Position numbers and translations under genes: made by a program
The notes under the pieces: model-generated
The model's input: only the letters and a program-made list of their open reading frames with translations
The model's database searches: none
What the model was told of the DNA's origin: nothing
Part shown: piece after piece, positions 13,622 through 25,582 of the stretch
How positions within the stretch are numbered: position 1 is the stretch's first letter
How the letters are laid out: each line of letters starts with the position of its first letter
Assembly: GCA_051362555.1 (NCBI GenBank)
Contig: CM120644.1
Location: forward strand, 1,124,954 to 1,188,953
Reading direction: 5' to 3'
Source of the DNA: Lingula anatina
Taxonomy: Eukaryota > Animalia > Brachiopoda
Length of the DNA stretch: 64,000 nucleotides

Positions 13622-15092
13622 TAAATTACCATCCATCTCCAAAATCTACTGAATTGAGTTTTAACAAAAAACTCTCCATCCCAGTATATGGCAGTATATG
13701 GCAGTCAGACAGGTAACAGAATGGTCGGCGATGATGCGGTTAGTCTGGGGCCTATTTGTTAATTTGATTGCCATTTCGTCAATTAAAAAAGCAATAATCA
13801 GAAAATCTTTATCTAAACGGTCGGCATATTCACTCTACGGTTGTACTTTTCAAAAGCTGTTTACTAACTGCATGGTATGGCGCCTAAGTCAACCAGTCGA
13901 ATTGCAAATGGTTCCGTTTATCATTAAAAATTTTTTTTTCTTGGTTTTGTTTCACCTGTTATATCGATGTGTCTTCCAGTCACAGCAAACTGCTTTATTT
14001 ACTGAATTAATCGTCAGGTGTCGAAATATGGTAAACAAAACAAGCTGGTTCTAAGGGGTTCAGAGAAACTATGAATACTGCGTGTGAAAAGCGCATTCAC
14101 GGCAAATGGCAAGGAAACATGAATATGAGAGGAATTTGAAAAGATATTTTGTAGAATGTTTGTAGAATCTGGACTATCCCACTGCCCCTCGTCAAGTTTC
14201 ATTGACATTAAGAAGATATGTCAGAAATTTTGCTTCACTTTAGTGAATACCTTATTTATGAACCTGGCAATGTGAAGCGTATTCTGTCTTCTTGTTAAGA
14301 CTATGACCTACTATAATTCTTATCACTCCTATATATAAGAACGTGTCTGACACACAACCAGTGACACATCATTGCATTTTTTTCCGTTAGTCATTATGAC
14401 CCTAGTCTGCGTTGCCGTTTTTATTATTTGCATTTCTGTCGTACATGTAGGTTATCATAATCATCTAATCGTCATACTGGTTCATGTCATCCCCCTGCCT
14501 TCCTTTCTTGTGTTTTACTTTAGTCCAGCCTTCTAGCCTATGTCAATAATAATATGAGATGTCTGCTTTGTATTTGCATTTTCCAAGTAAACAGTGGATA
14601 TCAAATATTAAACCCAAGGATTTCATCGTATTCTCGTGTATCGGGCTCTTGAAATAACTTGTATTTTGTTAATCATTTCAAATTTCACTCTATAAGTTAA
14701 GAGATGGAATACAATAAACTGTGACGGAATAGAATTGCCATTTGGAAAAAAACCTCTAGGACTGTCTTGACTGATTAACGCCCCCTAGGATTATGCAGCT
14801 TAGGAGATAGTTTTTCATAAAAGTGCATTTCAACTACACTTCTTTCAAAGTCGTTACTGTTGAACTGTTATGAATCATTTCCTCCTTTGGGGGTCTTTGA
14901 ATGGAAGAAGGGATTCAAATATAATTGCTGATACTCACTTTCAGTGAAAAGCGATGTATTTGTCAATTTTCCCTCTATGCTTATTTTTTCTTGGTAATTG
15001 GAGATGGGTGTATCAAAAAGAAAGGCAATAGACGTGAAAACGCCTCACATTCTGGTGACAGAGGATTTGATAAGAACTGCTGTAGGCTGAAG

Positions 15093-15140
15093 ATCATCAT
15101 AAGTGCATGTACTCTTATCATCAGAAGTGCGTGTACTCTT
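15093..15140. repeat. 24-bp tandem duplication
   Basis: atcatca(t/g)aagtgc(a/g)tgtactctt twice. Confidence 0.85.
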
Positions 15141-16375
15141 AAAACCCTCATCCAGGCCTGTACGTAACCTAACTCTTAGAACTTTTATACTTACAACCAA
15201 TAATGTAATTGGTAATGATTCTTGTTTCAACGTAACGTTCATTTTGTTAATTTGGGTCCTCAACAAGCATAATAAACCGTAGTTCCAGCTTTTCCAAGCA
15301 TGAAAAGTTATTAACCAAACTTTTAACCTTTACTGTGAACTGTGCAGAGCCGGGAAACTGGACCGTGTTGGTTTTCGCCTTTGTATATAAGAAAAACATC
15401 GATAGTACAAACATTACAGACAGGAAATTAAAAGGATGCAAGGGCCCTCCAGTGGCGCTACTGTCCTTCAAAAGATCAAGAGGTCACTGTCCCAAAGCTG
15501 AAGGTGACAAAAGTGGAAAATTGAAATCGTGCAAAAGTGAAAGATCCCGCGTGTAAGTAATGGGTTTCTGCGGAATCAGAAGACAATTCAGTCGTGCAGA
15601 ACTGAATGAATTCGTGTAACCACAGGGACAGCTAGATCAGAAGGTATTCAGTAAGAAATGTCCTCACCAACCTTAAGTCGTTCTCACCAATCAGTTGTGC
15701 ACATCATTTTACCCATATCCCTACAATATATATTCCTTTATATTTACATGGCGTCGTTTTGGGGAATAAAATAAATCCTCGTGTACTTCATAATAAGTAT
15801 AGACTTTAAGCGAATTACAAGGTTTGTGGAAACACGTGGTTCACTTTGTTCATTAAGATATGATTTACAATTTTTTTGTTAATTAAAGCCGTTGTCCTTA
15901 GACACAATTATATGCATTAGATAGTTTAGTGTCGGTTGGCCAATAAATTTTACGAGAAGATTGAAGTAAGAATTGGAACAGTATTCAGAACATTCGGATA
16001 ATCCCAGAGCATTGAACTGTTTCATTACTAATTCTTCCAAAGATTCCTTTGAGAGGAATGATAAGCCGAGTATATCTTACTGAATTTCACCGCGAATGGG
16101 TGACTTACACACAGCGTAAATTGTAGAAAATAGAAAAATGCACAGCAGGATGTATGCTTGTTTGTGTAGCCGGTATAAGGACATCCTGTGGTGGAATTTC
16201 ATTTACGTATTTTACTATTGTCCATTTTGCTGTCACGGGGTCTTGTCAATGAACAGAACAATGACGACTAAACCGTTCTAAGATACCGGGGGTGTAAATG
16301 ATAGCACTCGAACGCTGTCGGAGTTGCAACGCCAGGCCAAAAGGAAGTGACGTAAAAAAAAGTGACACGATTGCA

Positions 16376-16425
16376 AGGTCAACAGGTCAAGAGTTCAAGG
16401 TCAAGAGAATGAGGTCAAGAGGTCA
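16376..16425 (+). promoter_or_regulatory. Cluster of nuclear-receptor half-sites (5 AGGTCA + 1 AGTTCA)
   Basis: AGGTCA at 16376, 16384, 16398, 16412 and 16420, AGTTCA at 16392; the motifs are seen directly and function is inferred. Confidence 0.4.
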
Positions 16426-16493
16426 ATAAAAGAATGGCAGATAATATGGATAAAATAAAATATGTATATTGCAGATTCAGTACATGTACTTAC

Positions 16494-16639
16494 CACATCA
16501 ATGATTTGGGCCAAGGCCAGCCCAAATGTCACGTTAAGAGCCTCTGAAGCATTTTTGGAAGGACGCACTCTCCTGTCATAGTTCTTCATAAGATCGTGCA
16601 TAAGGCGATACTCGTGGTCATCTGCCTTGACCAAAACAC
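16494..16639 (-). CDS. nAChR subunit coding exon 2 (146 nt; N-terminal helix to beta1, ends QIIDV)
   Basis: Acceptor ctttttctcag|GT at 16640-16641; donor GTG|gtaagt at 16493-16488; 2+144 nt open frame. Confidence 0.95.
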
Positions 16640-19600
16640 CTGAGAAAAAGACAACATTGCTTTGTTTAAAAATTAAGTTGAACTTCAGTAAACTACTGGT
16701 TAATTTTGACATTGTTGAGCAACAGGTGCCCTTCAGTGGCTGTATGAGGCAACAACTAACAGCTTACATCAAACATGCTGAAGAAGAAGAATACCATGAA
16801 AGAGATTTTTACATAAAATCCCACAACACTGCCAAGATAATAAGGCAGACATAGTTCTTTTCACCTGGGAAAGCCGTGCATACGTAAGTGGTATTACCAC
16901 GTAAGTAACAGCAGAGGGTTGTTAAATATATTCCATGATTAATTCTGCGATGCAATTCATCGTCAACAGCTTAATCATCATAATGGTAATGACGTTTCGT
17001 CGAAATATGTTGAGAACCGCTTACGACTTTGATTACATCATGCTGTTCAAACCATTTGTCACCTTCTCACATCACTAAACTGATAGAACTGATTCTCATG
17101 ATTACATATACAGAAGAGACATATGCCATTGATGGAAATGGTCCGCTGCAACATAATACACCACATGAATCATTGAAATTTTATTCTTCATCTAATTTGA
17201 TTAAATGAAAATGATGCAGTAACTCTAACCGTAAATGTTTTTTGAATTCATTTTCCCAATACTTAAAGCTGAAACAGTAAAATCAAAATACACTCTCCAT
17301 ATGGAGCGTTTGGTCCATTCTGTACTTCAAAACACAGAGTGTAGACCCTTAATCCCATTTACAGACTTATTATAAACCGAGACTTTTTTCCGAGATATTG
17401 TGCTAACACATGTGAACCGAAATACCGTCATTTCAACGTGGTGTTTTGTTTTCAAGGTTGAGTACGCGTCACTCCCTATCATGCCCCCGGGACATGGACG
17501 GATACAATCACTAATACTGCCAATAGCATTATCGTAATGAGTATGCTTTACAATTGTTCTCGCGGTTGAGGAATAAAAGTGACGTCTCAATAACTCTTTG
17601 ACTGCTATTGTAAAAAGACATTTCCTCTTATGTAGTTCATGTAACTATTCAAACATTTAGAAGATATTGCACGGGCTTTATTATGACCAAGGCTCATAAA
17701 AAGCAATAGATGTACATGTATAGTATATAACCCTGATGAGGATGTGTGGTTATATTCCTATTGTGATGTCACAATTGTGACGTCACAAACTTACAGATGT
17801 GTTTCATTCAAATTAACATACAAACTTTAAATAGACTTGGTAATTTATAGAAATATATTTCACCAATTATGCTTTGGCTGTTATGATTTTTACCATGGGA
17901 TCTTTCAGGCCGCTGTCGACCTTTTTTCCTATAGTCCCGCTAATTATGTTTTCAGCATTTACGTCAGTATGTTTACGTTGATCTAAGGGTGTGAGCTTTG
18001 AAGGGAGATATTTGTCCCATCAGGCATTTGAATGTGTTCCCGTTACTAGTATATCTTTTTATTACATTGGCAAATACATTATGAAAAAACACATTCGACA
18101 GAGATATTCAATTGCCTTCCGATACAACACTCAGTAACAAAAAATTAACAGTGGGCGAAACTATCACCATGCAGTTTCTAAAGGTTTCCAGTCATCCCAC
18201 TAACATGTATATATCGTTGACATTGTACAGCATCTAACTGGGATTTCAGTATGGATAGATAAATAGCATCTTATAACACTGTCATTGTAGGTCCAATTAT
18301 AGATTACATAATTTGAAATATAGAATATTATGTAGATTGAACAACTTTCATAGTGTCGTTGGAATACGGTATTTGCGTAAAGTATATCAATATATCTATG
18401 CAGACAGACGCGGAAACTGAAGTTGGTCTCCTAAATAACCATTACATAAATAAAAACCAAAGTTTGGATAAAAGTGGAATTGTTTTCAATTGCAAAGAGA
18501 ATCAACGCCTTTGCCAACGGGATGTCGCTTACAAGTAAATATCAATATGGTTTTGGAACAGGGCGGTGGAAGGTGAACCTACGCTCACATTAATCGTATC
18601 TAACTGACATTTTAACCTTTGTTAAAGTGCTATCCTTGGCTTTATTTTATTCAAAGTAAGAGCTTTTCAATCAATGAGGTTGACAATGTTTACAAAAGGT
18701 ACCCTCCCACACCGCTAATAAATATTTGGATATGTCTTATAAAGGATGTAAAATGCACAAGAAGAGAAAGCCAAATTGACTGCTTCACTTAAAACTAGTA
18801 GCTGCAATCTACAATAAGTGCATTGCAACAATCCACGGGCGTTTCTGAATGACGGCTAGGCAAAAGCGGTAAAAATACAGAGAAATTAAAGCTGAAATAC
18901 ACAAACAAACACCGTCAGTACAGAGAGAGAGAGATGGGAGAGAGAGAGACGCTCGCAAAGGTACGAAAACCGAGATGGGCGATTTGCGTATGACGTCACC
19001 TCCCCGGTGACATTTCCCTTTGCTTCAACTTGTCATCTGCTGGCTTAGACAGGTTTTCATTGAATTCCGATAACCAGAGCTAGTCAAGTGAAATAGATTC
19101 TGTTCGCCGGGAGGAGAGCAGGAACAAGATACAAAGCGGATGTTTGCCTTTTTCTTGTTAATTTCCTTCGCCTCGCATTAACACAAACGGAAACAGATGA
19201 CTCGTGAATCACCAACACTGATATTAGTGCAATAACTGTAAGATTCCGTTTGTCTTAAGTAGCGCTGAACAATAATATTTATATTTGCCGAAACAATTAA
19301 AGAAAAACCTCTCTTCTCTTTTTCACTCTCTCTGTCTCTCTTGACAATGAAAAACAAAAGCAAACCTAAATAATAAAGCTCATTTATACAAATATAGGGC
19401 ATCAGTTTCTAAAATGAAGACATGACTTTTTAATAATAAGTAAAATAGTCAGATAACCAGCGTCATCAAGTAAATAATTTTATTTTTCAAATAGGTGAAA
19501 TTGATTCGTTAATGTCAGATCTGAAGATGAGGAATTTTAACCAAGCAGTACGTCCGCTAGCAGATCAATACAGCGTTCTGAACAAAAAGATCAGAAGGTA

Positions 19601-20728
19601 AAGGACAAATCGATTCCAAAATTAGTCAAGACTTTCGTATATCTCAAACTTATACTTAGGCAATCAGAGTCCTTCCGATCCTCCAAGGGGACTAACTAAG
19701 CAGACGATAGTCGAATATGAGCTAAAATGGCTGACGCGATAATCTCATATACATGTTAGCTTTCAAAATGATGCCACTGTGACTAGAGAAGGGTGGAATT
19801 AATATGATGCATAAAATATTGTGAAATGAAAGCTTCTGTAGTTGTATCGATAAGATAATCCGTTGCTTGAATTTCAAAACCCAAGTATAATAACAGGCAG
19901 CTCATTTCGTAATCTTTATAAGCAAAGTTTATCTTATCATTACAGTTTAATGGTGATGATTATGTACATGTGACTGGAAGAAAGGCTTCTTGGGGCTCCG
20001 TTCTTCTTTAAATCTTGTTAATATGGAAATCAAATGATGACCGATATGACATTCGAAGAATGGGCTGTGATGACAGACAGATGGAAGAACGCTTCTCAAA
20101 CGCTGTTTTCGACAAGTGGGGTCGTCTTAATAGTTGCCCCGCATATCATGAAACAGTGACTAAGAGAGCATTTCTGCCTTTCTCGAGATATTATCAGTCA
20201 TTAAGACAGGAACCAACCCGTTCACCAACTTCATTAGGCCCTACACTGTTTGATTTTAATCCTACTTAAATAGAGTTAGTGGTGATATTTTTTTGTTTTT
20301 GTTTTCTTATTTTAAACGCCCTTTACGCTATTCAATATCTAATTCTATTTTCTTGTTCCCTTGCTGAAATGCTTCTGTAAGTTGTGGTCTTTTTGTTACT
20401 TCTCATGTACATTTAGATTAAACAATAGGTTTTGGTACCATTCTTTATAATTCCGCTATTATGAACAAAACTAATTATTGTCTAAATAAAGATGTATGAT
20501 TTCAGATCTTGGCACGTTTTTATTACGCAACATCTTAATATCAATTTGTTTGACATTAGAAAACGTGTGAATCGTGTGGACCTCCCCAGTAATCATATAT
20601 AAAGTATATAAATGATGCACCATCAGGTATTGTACATGAAATAAATAATTAAATAAAATATACTCACAAGTTAATCCAAGACAACAGAGGACGGAAAGGC
20701 TTATTAAGATGCACGGTCTACAATCCAT
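16494..20728 (-). CDS. Nicotinic acetylcholine receptor (Cys-loop ligand-gated ion channel) subunit, first two coding exons join(20728..20668,16639..16494); rest of gene is beyond the left edge or not found
   Basis: Spliced translation MDCRPCILISLSVLCCLGLTC-VLVKADDHEYRLMHDLMKNYDRRVRPSKNASEALNVTFGLALAQIIDV. It has a hydrophobic signal peptide followed by the nAChR N-terminal pattern ExRLxxDLxxNYxxxVRP...VxFGLxLxQIIDV. Phase-1 then phase-0 introns match the conserved nAChR exon structure. Alpha versus non-alpha cannot be determined because loop C is not in the window. Confidence 0.93.
20668..20728 (-). CDS. nAChR subunit first coding exon (signal peptide MDCRPCILISLSVLCCLGLT)
   Basis: ATG at 20728-20726 (ATAATGG context); donor T|gtgagt at 20667-20662, phase 1, joins exon 2 as TGT (Cys). 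An upstream acceptor tcttttttag at 20823-20824 suggests the exon begins at 20822 with 5' UTR. Confidence 0.85.
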
Positions 20729-20797
20729 TATAAAGCTTGTCTTGGCACAAGGAGCTCGAGGCAAGTGTCGTCTGCTTATTGTCGTCTGCAACTATGG

Positions 20798-20818
20798 TTA
20801 GCAGCCTGGTAGCAACAT
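20798..20818 (-). other. Short upstream ORF (MLLPGC*) in the predicted nAChR 5' UTR
   Basis: ATG TTG CTA CCA GGC TGC TAA, in frame with and 90 nt upstream of the main ATG, inside the predicted exon 20822-20668. Confidence 0.6.
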
Positions 20819-20884
20819 GTTCCTAAAAAAGACACAAAGATACGTGTGTTCATTTCACCTAGTAAGAGGATATTATTCTTACAA

Positions 20885-20885
<1 letters not shown>

Positions 20886-20945
<60 letters not shown>
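20886..20945. repeat. (ATT)n microsatellite ~65 nt upstream of the nAChR exon acceptor
   Basis: About 20 ATT units seen directly. Confidence 0.97.
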
Positions 20946-22830
20946 TTGGATTGAATATTTCTCCGCAGTGCATGTTGTTTACAATCCAAGGAGGGGGGAG
21001 GGGCGTTGTGGATTAACTTAATACACCACTGGTAGGAATATTTAGAAAAAAATCAATTACAACATGTATAAGTTCCATATCAGTCAATACTTCACTGAGC
21101 GTCGAGTCAATGTGGTTCCGTATAACAATCGGCCTTGCCTTTTTTAGAATATATTTTCTTTAAAATATGTATATATTGGGAAAAAAAACAAATCTATAGG
21201 TGATGACTTGATGGATCAACTACTACTTGACTTAAGTATTGTCATTTCAACAAGGTTGGAAACACTACTTTCAGCAACTATAAAACTCCCAAATTAATTG
21301 TGTGTTTCAGATTCAACGACCAACATGTATACTGCAATGCATCATAAGGTGTAAAGCCTAAAACACAAGTCTGGCGTGCAACCTTATTTCCTTAGACTAC
21401 ATACCACGCCCAACTCAAAAGCTTCAGGGCTACAACGACTGCAGATTTAAAGCAAAAGTAACGATGGTTTCTATCTTCGGGCAAGATGGTTTCATTATTT
21501 ATTTTTCTGTTCGCCAGGACAAACATCGAGTTATGAGATTAGTTCAGGTTGCTCCCCCAAACCTCCAGTACAAAATATGCTACTTTTACAGACCACTGAA
21601 CATTGCGCGGCAGAGATATGAATAATTTGTCTCAACTCCGAGGCACCAATTAAACCGACGCAAGTTAATCTCCGTAAATAACGCACTCATGCATAGAAAT
21701 GACTCCACGCTACAGCCCCCTGTAGTCAGCTAATTGGTCGGCTAAAGTAAGGTTTAAGTTCTGATTTGATAACATTAAGACACCAGTAAATGTTTAAATT
21801 GACGTTGCTATATTTTAGGTTGATCTGCCACAGTACACACTTATTTGTTTGGCCCTGGCGTATTGTGTCTTAAACCTTTACTCCCCCCCCTCACCCCTCC
21901 TCCCGCCCCGTGCTTTTACTCTTTATTATAATTTGATGCAAAATTATGTCCATTTATAATGATCTATAAACTGAACCAATGTACTCCCATTAACAGCTAT
22001 ACTCCCGTTACTGTTGTTTGATTTCTAACTATTTGTATATCATGATAAAAAAGAATTTACAACAACTGAACTCTCTTGAACGGGTTAGCACAGGAATAGC
22101 CAAGTAGCCCAAATTAATTGTCGTATAAAAGTGAAGAGTTGCGAAAAAGTCGATTTGTGAAATGACCAAAAACGATTAGTTTCGATCAAACTAAAAACCA
22201 TCCCATCATTATACCATCAAGTATAACGATACTTAGAAGCGCTTCTAATAACATTTACAATATTTTTCATCGCAAATAGTCTAACAAAGTGTAGAATTAC
22301 AAAGTCGGCTTTAAACAATAGTTCGTAACCATAACAACTACCAATGGAAGAGAAAAAGCACCTTCACAATGAAAAAAAAAAATTAATTTGTAAAAAAAAT
22401 TACTTTACATGTACAAACCTAACATTAGTTAAGAATAAAAGACAGACGGTACATACATATATATATATATATATGAATTGAATGCTAAATCAGCCGTCAT
22501 CCTGCATTATATTATCCAATATTCAAGTACATGTCGAATAATTGGCATATCCAATAGGCCCCATAGTTTGCCAGTGTGCAGCCTTTTAAACCGAGTCAAT
22601 TTGTCGTTAAGGAGTACATGTACACTAATGGGCCATTAAGGTAATGCGGGCGTTCGTTCTAGATAAAGACAGATTCCTTAATAGAACCTTACACCACCAC
22701 GATACATTGTACTTATGGGTTTAAAACGCATACAGACGCGAATCACCGAAGACCTAAACATCGTTTTGGTTTATACTTCACTCCAAAACATGACGCTCCA
22801 CTTGAATTGGAATAAAGAGACCAGCTTTCA

Positions 22831-22843
22831 CAACAACAACAAC

Positions 22844-22885
<42 letters not shown>
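22831..22885. repeat. (CAA)n(TAA)n microsatellite
   Basis: Seen directly; explains the poly-Leu ORF 22828..23025. Confidence 0.95.
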
Positions 22886-25506
22886 CCAATGTAACACTCA
22901 GTTATATAGCATTTGGAGGGGGACGTCTTCCATGTCACGCTCAATATAGCAGATAATATGTAAAGAAGGCAAGGCAATTGTAAGCAGTTTGAGGAGTTGG
23001 TGATTTTCCATGGCATGCTCCACAAACACCGTCAGGCATGAAGACATGACTGCCTTTGTTCGGTTGATGAAATTCGTGTCGTTTTGTCATGCACAAACAC
23101 CTACAGATCTGAATATTCATACTTGTTCAGGCCACCAGACTAGGCACCTTTATTCAGTTCAGTGGAAATGTATTGATGTTATTAAAATCACGGTAGCTTG
23201 AAGTGCCATTATATGCTGTTTTTTATACTCGAAATGATGTTATAGCTACACGTGGGACTTCAGCACGGTTGAACTATGCAATCAGTGTTAAGATATGATC
23301 TACAAACGAAAAGGAGTGGTTACTTGGATGATTCTCGATCTTGACCTTGACCTTGACCCTGGGAGGCAATTTTACAATCCCGACTCCAAACATAATAGAT
23401 ATTTTACAAACAGCGTGATATGACCAAATGTCAAATCGTATTATATTTTCAGTGACACACTGAGAACTTTTATTGAAATAATTAATGAAACCGAAGTTAT
23501 AAAACGTGTCATCGTGTATAATATTTCACCCCAGATACTACAAATTGATTCTCACAGAATACAGACCAGGGCACAGAAATAACCTCTACAAAGGATTCAA
23601 TATTCCATGAATTCCTCAAACTCCGCAAATTAGCCTCAAATTGATTCTAAATCTAGGAAACCAGCGGAGCAACATCGAAGCTGGAAACCATGGCCGCACA
23701 ATGCCACGTCTAATAGCAGGAAGATTTTTTCTAAATTACAAGTGATGACATCAATTGCCATCTCAATATGCCAGCAAGTCAAAGACGTTAGCAAAGCAAA
23801 GTGCCATCATAATGGACCTTGCCCAGGCAATGAGGTGCCTTCGTGAAAGATTAGATTGCCTCTTTACTGTTAGACTACTCCATCAAAATAATATTATCCC
23901 AACAAGGTTAGCGAAAAAAGATCATTGTTAATCAATCTGTTCCTTAAATAATTTTTTGCAATCATTTTGAATAAAATCTACTTTGTTACACATTCACATA
24001 TATAACTGCGAGTCCTCAGGAATGCTTGATATTCGGATCATGGGACTAGTAATAATAACTATAATTTGGTACTATAATTTTCCACTTCGGCCACTGATGA
24101 TCAAAATAGCTACTTATACCCAAAACATTCATTTGATGCGCTGTTCAGTTAATCAATGTAAAAACCAAATACTGTTTTAATGCCATAAACTGCTGTATTA
24201 TCGTATAGTATCAGACCTCGTAGGCAGTGGGGTAATGTAAATGTTGCTGAGAGCGAACGTCTAGCTGGCTCAATGTATAGGTAAGATACCTACATTGGTC
24301 CTATCATTTCACACTTTGAACCGAACGATTGTTTATAAATAGCGCCAAACTTAGACACAGAATGGAACAAGCAGATTTGTCTGTATGGAGAAACCTTTAC
24401 CGCGTTCCTTTCAACACCTCACTGAAAACCGTTGAACTTCCCTGACCTTAAACACCATATACGCTGGAGTGAAAACAGTTTATGTTGCCAACATTAAATT
24501 TATCAATTCGATAAGCTGGGATATCTGACCGAATTCGCACGTGCTCAAAAGGTGTTTTCTTCATGGTTCGAGATAGATGCACCAAACGATGAAGAAGTTT
24601 TCGATCATCTCTTAATATTAGGAGGCCAATGCCCCCCTTAACATATTTACATGTTGCACACTTCAACTTTTGTCAAAATCGATAAAAGTTCGGACAGATC
24701 TTATTTCTCCGACGAATTTCCGTAATGATCTATTTTATCTGGTTTACGTCAGATACGTTTATCCACTGGACTAGCTAGAGGCCTAGATTTCTGGTAAAAT
24801 ATGCTATTGATATTATATCTCATAAATGGGCGCAAATTGAAGATTTGGCTACATCATCAAACATAACTGGAGGTTGGACCAAACAATTTAAATCACTAAT
24901 ATGAGTTCGAGTATTTGAAAGTAACACTCAATTCATATTGCACAGGTAGCGCAAGGTGTCTGTATAAAATAGAGGTTTTGTGTATATTTTTATCTATTGA
25001 ACTTTATGTGAGCAACAATGATAAAACGGACACGCACATCCTGTTAAATCGAAAGCCCCCCCCTCCCCCCCCCCCCCCCCCCGAGACAAGGCCATGCTAT
25101 TTGTCCATACGTGCATCTTTTTTGTGAACTTCACAGCTGTTAAATGGATACCAAAATGACGAGTCAAACGAAGAACAAAGATCCATTGTTGTACCAATTC
25201 CTAAGTAAAATTAAATACCCGCAAGTTGTACGACACAAGTCACGGCTCTTAACACTAATCATAACATGTTTGTATCTATTTATTACCCATCATGGTGAAA
25301 CTGACCAGGGGTCCTTTCCGACCACGAGCTATTAACCTCTGTGTCCATCTTGACCATTACAAATTACCTGCCAATCATTTCAGCTATTTGATCTTCAAGG
25401 AACTCGTTAAACGTATCAGTATACATGGAAAGGGGAAAACGGCAAAAGGGGCAGTTTTTTACCGTTGTATTTCATAGTTGCTAAAGGTCAAATTGAAAGT
25501 AAGGCC

Positions 25507-25582
25507 GCGTGTGTGTGTGTGTGTGTGTGCGTGCGCGCGTGTGTGTGAGAAAGAGAGAGGGAGAAAAAGAGAGAGAGAGAGA
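25507..25582. repeat. Compound (GT)/(GC)/(GA) microsatellite
   Basis: Seen directly. Confidence 0.9.

Noticed and set aside
15452-15475. REST/NRSE-like site (ggcgctactgtcc) in the nAChR intron
   Set aside because: The spacing is wrong and the GTGCTGAA half is missing.
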